From the NCBI GenBank assembly GCA_937873455.1, contig CALMYG010000034.1, positions 25,405 through 89,404 on the forward strand: 64,000 nucleotides of DNA. The letters run 5' to 3'. Position 1 is the stretch's first letter. Each line of letters begins with the position of its first letter. Shown here in pieces: positions 44,717 to 55,100 of this stretch. The DNA is from an uncultured Verrucomicrobiota bacterium. GTDB taxonomy: Bacteria; Verrucomicrobiota; Kiritimatiellia; CAIVKH01. Below the pieces are notes generated by a model. It worked only from the letters and a program-made list of their open reading frames with translations, made no database searches and was not told where the DNA came from. A program made the position numbers and the translations under genes.

Positions 44717-44752
44717 GCATATAAACTAGTTTGACTGGTTGGATGTGTCAAC
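44717..44752 (-). promoter_or_regulatory. Candidate sigma70-type promoter giving a leaderless phd-vapC mRNA
   Basis: The minus strand reads G-TTGACA-N17-TAGTTT-atatgc-ATG. There is no Shine-Dalgarno sequence. GTTGAC..GTCAAAC is an imperfect inverted repeat overlapping the -35 and spacer. Confidence 0.45.
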
Positions 44753-44927
44753 CCAGATGCGGATAATGTTCCGATCCATCGGGCCGCGACAGAATTCACC
44801 GCGCGCATCGCACGGCCGGCCCCTCCCCGCAGGAAAATGAGGAACGACGCGGGTCGATGAAGGGTATCCGGGTAAGCGTGGCGAGTAAGAGTTCGGTTGC
44901 GAGGAAAACGGACACCAACCGCTCCGG

Positions 44928-45061
44928 CCTTCGTTATCTTATGTAACATCCTCTTTTTTCCGCGTCTTCTCCGCCAGGGGCGGGCAGGCGCGTGTTCCGC
45001 TTGTTCCGTCGTTTATCTTTTCGATTATTGTTAACGAGGGGGTTAACGAGTGTGTTTACAA
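44928..45061. repeat. Direct repeat R2 (134 bp), partner of R1
   Basis: See R1. It has a small indel relative to R1 in the middle and ends 22 nt from the stop of the 45084..46142 gene. Confidence 0.85.
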
Positions 45062-45083
45062 GGGGGGGTCACAACTCATCATC

Positions 45084-46142
45084 CTACTCTACCAGCACCA
45101 CCCGGAAGTGTTGCATGCCGACACCGGGTACGTTGGTGATGACGATGGCGGTCTCACCAGTCGGCCCCGCTGTGACGACCTGCCCGATGCTTTCAAACGG
45201 CTGCGGATTCATCAGATCCAGCATGGCGTGTTGGATTTGGTAGGTTTTGCCCTCGACCGACTGCCAACGCACCTCGACCGTACCGTTGGCCCGAGGTGTG
45301 ACTTGGACCATCTGCAGATAGTCCCCATCGTCCAGCGGATTGGTCCCAGCCAACATTTCCTGATGATCACTAACCCCGTCGCCGTCGGTATCGGCCAGGT
45401 AGGGATCGGTGCCCAGGCTGCGCTCCCAGGAGTTGACCAACCCGTCGCCGTCGTCGTCGCCCTCGTCCAGCGGTTGGGTGGTTTGCAAACCGGCGATCTG
45501 AAAAAGCCCGTAGGTCGTGGTTGAATTGGTGTAGATGACGCTATCGGCATAGAAACTCGAATCCTCCGTCGTCGGGCGGTTGAACACCCGGGCGAAGATC
45601 CGGCCGCCCTGATGCCGGTTGATTGAGACCGAACCCGACGCCTTGCCCAAGGGGCCAGCCATAGGATCGGTCCCAGCCCCGATCCGCGTCTCGGCGAGCA
45701 CCGGGTTGCGGGGGTCCGGGGTTCCATCCACCGCCGGCGGGAAGACGCCCTCCGTAGCGGACAGGATCTGCACCAGCGCTCCGGGAGCCACGGCGGTGCC
45801 GTCGAGCAGGTGACCGTATTCGTCGGTCGCTCCCTGAACGAGACCAAAGTGCAGCGGCACGCTCAGTTGCTGGGCCGAGGCCAGTGAGGTGAACAAGGCG
45901 ATGAACATCCCCAGGGCCAGAGCATTCCGCGCCCAACGGGCGCGGCTACAGGCGTTGTAGCCGCCCGCGATGAGGGCGGCCGTTTTCCGTGCCCAACGGG
46001 CGCGGCTACAGGTGTTGTAGCCGCCCGCGGTGAGGGCGGCCGTTTTCCGCGCCCAACGGGCGCGGCTACAGCCTGGGGCGGCTCCGGCCAGCATCCAGGT
46101 TTTTACATTCGTTTTCATGATGGCGTTTCCGTTGGGCTTCAT
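45084..46142 (-). CDS. Secreted protein with thrombospondin-type-3-like repeats and a C-terminal 'FRVV' beta-sandwich, coupled to the giant gene
   Basis: Its ATG lies 2 nt after the giant-gene stop (TAAccATG). Signal-peptide-like ALALGMFIALFTSLASAQQ. DEGDDDGDGLVNSWE..DTDGDGVSDHQE. Ends VEVRWQSVEGKTYQIQ...MQHFRVVLVE. The true start is uncertain (46142, 46118, 46094 or 45908). Confidence 0.75.
   Translation of the reverse strand: MKPNGNAIMKTNVKTWMLAGAAPGCSRARWARKTAALTAGGYNTCSRARWARKTAALIAGGYNACSRARWARNALALGMFIALFTSLASAQQLSVPLHFGLVQGATDEYGHLLDGTAVAPGALVQILSATEGVFPPAVDGTPDPRNPVLAETRIGAGTDPMAGPLGKASGSVSINRHQGGRIFARVFNRPTTEDSSFYADSVIYTNSTTTYGLFQIAGLQTTQPLDEGDDDGDGLVNSWERSLGTDPYLADTDGDGVSDHQEMLAGTNPLDDGDYLQMVQVTPRANGTVEVRWQSVEGKTYQIQHAMLDLMNPQPFESIGQVVTAGPTGETAIVITNVPGVGMQHFRVVLVE
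45925..46071. repeat. 2.45 copies of a 60-bp tandem repeat
   Basis: Exact 60-nt period (45926/45986/46046 ...tccgcgcccaacgggcgcggctacagg.gttgtagccgcccgcg.tgagggcggccgtt). Each unit holds two GC hairpins. In frame it encodes CSRARWARKTAAL(T/I)AGGYN(T/A). Confidence 0.85.
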
Positions 46143-46144
46143 GG

Positions 46145-49100
46145 TTAAGGGGTAAAATTCCGGGTGGGCGGGTTATACATCACCGGGCGGTTGGTCCAGA
46201 CCAGGGTCGTTCCATGACGGCGGACGATGACCACGGTATCGTCGGGCTCAATGATGTACCCGGAAGCATTTTGCAGCGATCCGGCATGGCGCCAGGTGTT
46301 GTCCGTCGTCCGCCAGAAAATGCGGGCTTTCGGCGCGACCAGCGAGCCGCTGCCCACCACCTGATTCATTTCATTGGTCACCGGCTTATTGCTCAAGATG
46401 CGGATTTCATCCGACTGCCCGACATTGGGGCCGCCACGGAACCCGTTGTTGGTGGTAATGCCCAAGCTGGACAGCGGAATACGTTCCGGCATCTGGTGGC
46501 TCAGGATGTGGTACATCACGTTGGTTGGCGAAGCAGTCGGCGAGGAAATGGCGTGAACCAGTTCCTGGGTCGGCAGGCGACCCACCATGATCAGGGTTTG
46601 CGGGCTGGCGGATACCGGCAACTCAATCAGGAAGCCCTGACCAAGCGGGATGCGTTTGTTGTTCGCGTTGCCGCTACCGCCGACCAGCCAAGTCCAGTTA
46701 CCCGAATTGGCCAGCCAAACCGTCGCGGTCGGGGCGCTACCCATCGCATCGCCACTGCCGCTATTGCCGAACCACGAAATCTTGGTGGCGTTGATAAAGC
46801 CATCCGCCGAAGGCAACAAGTTGGTGCCGAACACATAGGCCAGGGTGCCTTCGGTCTCGTTGGTGGTCGCCGGATCCGGGAAAGCGAACATCGAGTACCA
46901 GTTTTCGCCCGGATGCAATTGCAGCGCCTTGGCCGCGTAGATTTCCGCGCTGGCCAATCGGTTGGCGTTGTTGGTCTCCCAGCGGCCCGGACGGGCCACG
47001 CGGTAGAACCGGTAGGTGGTTCCGGTCAAATTGCCCGGGGCCACCCGGTTCGTGCCGCCGTGGTCCAGCAACGCCGGGCGGTTGGTGTACTGCATGAACT
47101 GCCACTGGTTGGACAAGCTGTTGCGGAAGCCGAGGGAAGACTCGGTAAACAACACATCGTAATCGCGGAAGACATCTTCTTCTTGCGGCCCGGTCCAGCG
47201 CAGCAGCAGGTCGGTGGAGGTCCGGGCCACGCCCTGAGTGACGATGAACCGGTCGGTGTTGCCGATGATGCTAGCCGCCGGCCCAACATTTCCAGCTCCA
47301 TCGCGGCCTTGGATGTGAATGCGGTAATAGGTGTCGAAGACCAGGTTCGACAACACCAAGTTGGTGAAGGCCCAGTTGTTGAGCACATTCGACCAGGTGG
47401 TGTTAGCTCGAGTCAGGGTCGTAGTCACCGCATTGGCCGCCGGGATCCCGTTGGTATCCGTGACTTCATAATAGGTAACGATGAAGGTATCCCACGGCGA
47501 GAGCGGCGTATTATCGGACTGACGCCAACCGGCGGCTTGGGCGACGTTGGTTCCGCCCGGAGTCCATTCGACCTTGATTTCCGAGGATTCGTCGATCGTG
47601 GGGTCGAAGACATTCCCCCCGGCCGCATCGGTAGCCCGCAACGCAGCCACTGGCGGCGGCGGATTCGTATCCACGCGCAGCGCAAAACTCATGGTATTAC
47701 CCATGGACTGGTCGCCCGGGCGATCGTTGTCGTTATCTACCGCATACAAGAACCCGGTGATGATGCCTTGGTGGCCGAGAATACTGGCCGAAGCGCCGGT
47801 CACGCTGGAACCGTGAATATCGCCTTGCCCCATCGCGGGGGCCGCGCTTCCCTGGGCCGGGGCAACCAGGCCGTAGTAAGCAACCCCGGAGAAGTCGTCG
47901 ATGGCCGGCGCCCAGCTCATATGGATGGTGGCATTGGTCAGGGCATTGGTGCCGATCCAGCCGGAGAGTGTGGTCAGGGCCAGATCGTCGACATAAATCT
48001 GCGACCGGCTCACGCCGCTCGGATCTGCGCGGCGAACCCGATACCTCAGACCCGAACCGTCCGTATCGATATTCCAGGAGAACTGCTGGTAGTCGGTGCT
48101 ATCCACGGTAATGGCCGCAGGTTTCCGGGTGGTGAAAACGCTGATGTTATCGTATTGAATATGCCCGTTTAACCCATCGCTGGTGGTGAAATAGAACGCG
48201 ATATTGTTCAAGCTAAGGTTAGTCAGCGCGCTGGTGTCGGTGGCGGTACCCATACTGAGCAGGGATCCGGGGCTCAGGCCCTCGAATACCTGGAGCTGCA
48301 TGTTGCCGCCGGCCAGGCGGGTCAAATCAAACCGCATCGTCCGAGGCCCGATGCCCTGACGCATGGCCGAGAATCCGGTTCCCAGCTCGGTTCCAGAAAA
48401 GAAGGCGTGGTCGTCGATGGTGTTTTCATTCCGCACCAACCGGGTCGCCTCGACGTTGTCCACGCCCAGTTGGGCAAAATAGCCGCGCCAATCCCGGGTC
48501 GGCTGACCCGCGCCCCATTGGTTCCACCCATTCGCGGTGGGGGCCGCGCCTTGAAAGAGTCCGACCCGGACCGAATTGACCTTCTGGCCGGAATTGGTCG
48601 GCAGCTCGTAGGTGAACATCACGGAAACCGTCTCCCCTTCCGCCAGGCTGACCGGTGCAATCTCGGTGGTAAAATATTGATTCAAGGTGGAACTGTTGTT
48701 GTTGGCGATATGATTGGTCGCCGGCGTGGTGGTGATAATGAAGTTGCCGCCGGTAAACCGCCAGGTCGGGTTGGCGGTGAAGTCGCCGTCATCGAACCCT
48801 TCGGCGAGGATGGATCTGCCGTCATAATTGATCCAGTTCACGCCATCCCACTTGTCCAAGGCCAGCGCAGGAGCGCCGGATCCGCCGGAGACGCGTGAAG
48901 CATATAGGGACAAGGCGCCCGGGTTGTCCACCGGCGGTAGTTGAAGGGCAGCGACGGGAAAGTCGTTGGTCAGAAATCCAATGCGCGCCTTGCCGGACAC
49001 CTTGGGATCCAGGGTGGTAAGGGTGACGCCCTGGCCGCGCCATACCCGGTTATCGAAATCGGTATTGGTCCAGATGACGCCGCTGCTGAACGAGGAGGCC

Positions 49101-52100
49101 CAACCCTGATTGGTTTCAAAGCTGGTGGATAGGCTCGCCGACAGATTCCCCTGCACCACGCTCATGGTGGAAAGAACCGGCCCGTTGATGTCATCATCCA
49201 CCACAACCAATTGGCCGACGTGCAGGCTGTGCACGATGGATCGGTCGTTCGGCCGGTCGTTATCAGCGTCGGGAATGGTGACGCGCACCGGATGACCGGT
49301 ACTGCCCGCGCTGGTCATCATTGTATTGATCAAGGCGCCATCGAAATTCCCGAAGGTCCACACGTTGGTCAGGATTTGATTGGTTCCGGTCTGCGGAGTG
49401 GACAGTGCGCTGTTGTAATCCGAGAAATTGCCGACGATGACATTGCCAATACTGAAGCTCATCACCTCATTGGTGGTCCCGCTGTTTCCGCGGGAGACGC
49501 CGGAGTGGGTATCCCGGGCGCTGAAGCGGAACTCCAGCCCCAACGAGGCGGCATTGGCGAGATCGGCATCGGTCACCCGGGTGAGCACATTGGAGGCGCC
49601 ACCGCTGGTGTCGCGGCGGCCCAGGAAACCTCGGATCAGATCGCCGGGCGCGTAGTTGTTCGTGGTCACCGCAAACGGCACATTCAAGCTGGTGCCCGGA
49701 ATGTTGACATTGGGCGCGAAGGGCGCGTTGGTGTCGTTATCAATCACCCGCATCAGGCCGAAGAACCGGTTGCTGACCCAGAGGTTGTCGTTTGCCCGGT
49801 CAAAGTCTGCGTCGGAGAACGAGGCGAAGATCGGCCGGTTGCTCAAGCCGTTGGCGTAGAGATCGCCGATCTGGTTATAGCCGAACGAGGTGAACGACCA
49901 CAGGCTGGTGGAGGTATTCACGGTGGAATCGCCGGAGCTACGCGAAGCCGAATATCGCGCACTGTCGTTGGTGGCAAAACCGGAAATCGAGACATGCATG
50001 TTGGATCCGGCCACGGTTCCGCGCGACAAGCCGCTGATTTCGTCGAAGACGTTGAATGAGAAGGCGAGGGCATTGGCGTCGTTGGTCGCCTGGGCCAGCA
50101 TCCGGTCGGTGACTTCAAAGTAAGTAACCGGCTGGGCGTTAAACTGAACATTGTCGAAACGGTTGTTACCGCCCGAACCACCGCCAAAGGTGATCCGTAC
50201 GGTTACGCTGGTCGCATCGTTGACGGCCGACACCGCACTGAGATCGACGGTCTTTATCGTGTCGTTGGTGGTCGGGTTCCATCCGGTTTCGAAATCAACA
50301 AACCCACCGCCATTCACCGAATAGGCGATGGTGTTGTTGTTATAACCGGCGCCGCTGCGGCGCGCGGCAAAGGTCATCACCAGGGACTGGTAATACTTCA
50401 TGCTGATGGTGAATTGAAGGTGGCGCCCGACGTTGGTGCCGCCCTGGATTGTCCAGTCTTGGCCGGGGATATCGGCGTTGACCAGATTCAGCGAGCTTCC
50501 CGATGTGGTGTTGGTGGTGTACAGATTGGCGGACATGGTGCCGGCGCCATGATTGACTTGGAGCCGGTTGGCGGTGTCGTTGAAATTCCAACCGGCAATC
50601 AACAACGTCGGGTTTGATGTGGCAACCTGGTGGGTGCCGGCGAGAATCTTCAACCCTGCCGCCCCTACTTCCGGCGGGGTGGGATCGTTGTCGATCACGC
50701 GGAGCCAGCCAAAGAAGTCGTTGGTGAAGGCCTGATCGTTGGCCCGGTCGTCGTCGTTGTCGGCGAGGAACGCATTGACCGGCAAGTCCTGACCCTGCGC
50801 ACCCGATCCATCACCGCCCCACATATCGGTGAGGGTGTTGTAGGTGAACAGCGAATTGGCGAAGGACCAGACATTCGATGCGTTTTGATTGGTGCTCACC
50901 GTGGTACTGCGCGAAGCAACGTAATGGCTGATGTTGCTTTCCACCAGCCAGGGGATGGTCACGTTCATGTTGGTGGCAGGGTCGCCGGTATTCGCCCGTT
51001 GCAGCCCGCTGTATTCATCGTAGGCCTTGATCGCGAGGTCCATGCCGTGGGTGGCCAGGTCGCGGTCGGTGATGAGGAATCGACGCACCCCGTCGCCGGC
51101 ATCCTGGCTTTGGGCCGCCTGATTGTTTACCTTGATATTCAGCGGCACATCGCCCCGCACCGGCGGATCGGGATCGTCGTCGTAGACATAGAACCGGAGC
51201 GGATGGTTGATGGTAATGGCCCGGTTGGTCGGCACGGCGTTGCCGCCATTTGGCGCAGTTACCGTTCCGGCGCCAGAGGGCGCGGCCTCAGCGGAAACGG
51301 TCACGAAGTACTGCACTTCAAAATCAATATCTTGAATATTGAAGGCGTTTTGCTGGAAGGTGGTTACCACGCTGAATCCATTGAAGCCGAATCGGTTGTC
51401 GAAGAACCGGTCGAGGTTGAACTCGTTGGTGGTAAGCCCAATCGCCAAGGGGTCCCAGTTGGGGTTCACGCGCCCCAGGTTGGAGCCGATGTTGGTGGTG
51501 CTGGCCGTGTTGTTGGTCAGGAAGATGCCGAAACCGCTGGGGGCATCCCACCGGACGGCGAAGTCGATACCGCTAGCCGACTTCAATTCCGCGTCACTGA
51601 GGTTGGTGATGACCTGGCTGTAGAAGGAAGGTCCGTAATTGGTTCCGATATAGACCAGGCTTGGGGTAGGGCCGAAGTTCTCGTGCCACTGATCGGGCAG
51701 GCTCCACATGGTCTGCTCCCAGCTCGGCGAAATACGAATATGGTCAAAGATCAAGTCCCCGACATTCTGGCCGGCCAGCCGGATGCCGGTGATCTGGGAA
51801 ATGTTGACGTTGGTCAGCACCGTGGTCCAGGCCAATTCCCGGTCGGGATCGGTGTGCAGCAGTTGGTTCTCGGCATAGGCACGCCCTTTCAGCACCTTGG
51901 CGTCAAAGTCGTATTCCATGACGATCAGGTAGGCATCGCCCCCGACCAGCGTCCAGGTCGTATTGGTGTGCAACGCGGAGTTGGTGGCCACGCTGCCGGC
52001 CTGCAAGGTCAGAAGACCACTCGACACGCCCCAGCCTTTACCGAGGAAGCCAACTTCCGTGCTGCCATCCATGAACGACATGCCGGCGAACGCGCTGACG

Positions 52101-55100
52101 TTGAACGACGACTGGATGTTGATCTTCACCGAGGCGACAATCTTGCCGCTGTTGCGGGTGGCGAAGGAACGGGTGGCGCCGAAGGCCGGGCTGGCCTCGG
52201 TCACAAACTTCAACTGGCGGCTGTCGTCGCAATTATTGCCGCAATTGCTGCGATCATCGAGGGGATAGCCCCGGAAACTGTTCGGCGAATTGGCATCATC
52301 CACCGCGCCGTATCCGCCAAAGGTGGACCAATTGCCGCTCCAGCCACTACCCGTTCCGGCGCCGCTCAGGTTGTTATTGGCGTAATTGCCAAAGTAGTTC
52401 CAGACAAACCGGTCGCTGGCCACTCCGAACGCGGCGGTGGCGGTGGTGCGCGGATTGTTGGCGGCGTTGTTGGTGTTGTAGTCGGAACTACTGGCCGAAC
52501 CATTGAAGGTGTACACCTTGAAGGTGTAGGTCTGGCCGATCGTCAATCCGGACACGGTGGTTACGTTGTTGGTGCCGCGATAGACCACATAGTTGCCGGT
52601 CCCGATCTGGGTGCCGCTGGCGAAGGTGGAGCTGGAGGTGTAACTCAGGCCATCCACCGGATCGGCGGTAATGGATGTGCCCTGCCGGGCCAGCACCATG
52701 CTCCGGGTACCGCTGCCGAGGGTCCAGGACAGGCGGATGAAGTCGGTACCGACGTTCTGGAACACGATTTCCGAAGCCTGGACGGAAGGCTCGCCGCAAC
52801 CGGTTTGGGCGTCGGCGACCGGGCCGGATGAAAGGTTGTAGTTGATGGTCTGCGGATCCGCGGCCTGATTAAAGGCGTAGATGCGGAAGTGGTAGTTCGA
52901 GCAACTGGCCAGGCTGGAGTGCAACAGGGCGGTGGCGCTGCCTGGCGTGACCACACGGACGGTGACGTCGCCGATCGTCTGGTTGTCGGTAAAGGCAAAG
53001 CCATCCACGGGAATATTGGTCACGGCGGCGCCAGGGCGACGGAAGATCACATAGCCCGAGGCGCCACTCGCGGTGGTCCAGAGGTTACTGATGGCCACAT
53101 CGGAAGCGGCAATCGCACTGAACGATCCGGGAACCCCATCCGGCTCGGTGGTCAGGGTCCAACGATCGCCGGCCAACGGCGTACCGCTGGTCAGATAATC
53201 CGGCGTTCCGCCGCTGACGTTGTACTCGAATACCTGGAAATAATACCGGGTCGCCGGATTGAGTCCAGACACATTCACGGTGTTGCCCGCCTCGTTGTAG
53301 ACGATACGGTTGCCGTTACCCAAGTCGGTCCCGGCGGCAAAGCTATTGTTGGCCGTATAGGTCACGCCATCTACCGGAGTGAAATTCACCGGCCCGTTGG
53401 TGCGGGCGACCACGATGCGGGCCACGCCGTTGCCGTTCACCCAGTTGACGGTCATGCTGTTAGTGGTGATGTTCTCGAAGCTCATGCTCGAGGCATGGAG
53501 GGTCGGCTCGTTTTCGAAGAAGTTGAGCAGGTTGGCCCAGGTCCGGGCCACCCGGACTTCGTCGATGCACAGGGTGCCGACATTCTGGCCGGAAATACGG
53601 ATGCGGTCGATGCGCGGTATGCCGGGGTTGCTGCGGGTCAGCGTGAACGACGGTTCGTTGGTCGGCATGGTATCGCCGGAATTGCGGACATAGACACCCG
53701 CATCGCCAGCATCGAAATCGTACTTGATCACGAGTAAATAGGTACCGTTGTAGAAGTCAAAAGTTCCGCCGGTGAACCCGCCGGAATCCAGGCCGAGCTT
53801 CGTGCTGCCGCCCGCCTTGCCACCCCAAACCCGCTCGGTGTTGTTGTCGAAGAAATGAATACCGAAATACCCGTTGGTGTAATCGTTTCCGGGCGGCGTA
53901 CCACGAGTAAACGCGTAGGCGGCGTAAATCTTGCCCGTAGTGACGGCTGGGAAGTTGCGCCAGGCCAGGACTTCCGTGCCCATGGTATCCGCACACATCC
54001 GGTTACCGGCAGCGGCGGGGTAATTTACCGGCACGCTCAAGCTTCCGCTATGCGAGGTATAGTTGCCGCCGGATACCGCCCAGACGCCATCCCACCCGGT
54101 GCCGCTGTTGGCGTTGTTCAGCGTAGAGCCGACAGCGTTGGTGAACTGATCCACGATTTCGCTGGCGAAGAAGCCGACCACGGTCAGGCGGTTGGTGACG
54201 TACCGGGCGCCGTTGGTCTGGTTGCCCGACAGCGTGAAGACCGCCTCGTAGGTTCCCGGGTTCAGCGAGCCGATGTTCAGGGTCACGTTGATGTTCGTCG
54301 AATTGCCGGTGCCGACCGTGGTGCTGGACGGCGAAGCCGACAACCACCCCGCACTGGGACTGGCACTGAAGACCAGATTGCCGAGGCCGACATTGTTGAC
54401 GGTGAAGTTGGTCGGACCCGACACCACGCCAAACTGCGAGGTCTGGGTCAGCAGGGTCGGGGTGGCCTCCAACCCGGCGAAGCTGTCGCCGGCCACGACC
54501 ACGAACGTGAAGGTGTTGGTGCCGATCGCGCGGTCGCCCGGCCACTCCAGATCCGCGTCGGCCACGACCACCCGGGCGGTCCAGATGCCGGTGGGGGCGC
54601 TGACCAGCGTCGTATTGTTCGAGCTGGAAATACGGGTGGCGCTGGTGGCCCCGCCGTTGCTGAACGGAATCTGGTTGAACGCCTGGCGCAACTGCATCGC
54701 CCCGCTCGGATCCCACAATTCAAAGTACGGCGAGATGTTGGGCTGGATGGTATTTGTACTGTTGACATTGATGCCGCTGGCATCATGTACCCGACCGGTA
54801 ATCGCCCAGTGCAAGCTAAAGATGAGTTCTTCCACGGTGACGGTATTGACGCCGGTCACACCGCGAATATCAAAATTCTGAATGGTCGGTGGATCGACGT
54901 CATCATCGTTGACGATCAGATAGCCGTGCTGCTGGTTCCAGAGGGTGGATTGATCATCCGGACGATCAAAGTCTGCGTCGCGCCAGGTGGCGACCACGGC
55001 GTTGGTGCCGGTCAGGACCAGGCTTTCGATCTCGGCCGGCAACATCGGGGTGATCCAGGACCAGGCATTGGTCGCGGAGGCGACGTAAGTATTGGTGAAC

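Noticed and set aside
43916-45061. Calling R1/R2 integron attC sites and the TA module an integron cassette
   Set aside because: The length and TA cargo fit. However, the ends do not match the RYYYAAC/GTTRRRY core consensus (GTTAACG and GTTTACA fail at the purine positions). No intI is in the window, and the neighbouring 'cassette' would be an 18-kb operon. I report it only as a hypothesis to test.
45925-46071. The 60-bp tandem array as a CRISPR or REP element
   Set aside because: The units are directly adjacent with no spacers, and there are only 2.45 copies. I kept it as a tandem repeat of uncertain coding status rather than naming it CRISPR/REP.
46148-47000. An autotransporter (type Va) beta-barrel at the C-terminus of the giant protein, suggested by the PATR repeats
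   Set aside because: The tail is too short and lacks the typical terminal aromatic residue and the obvious amphipathic strand series. I left it unassigned.
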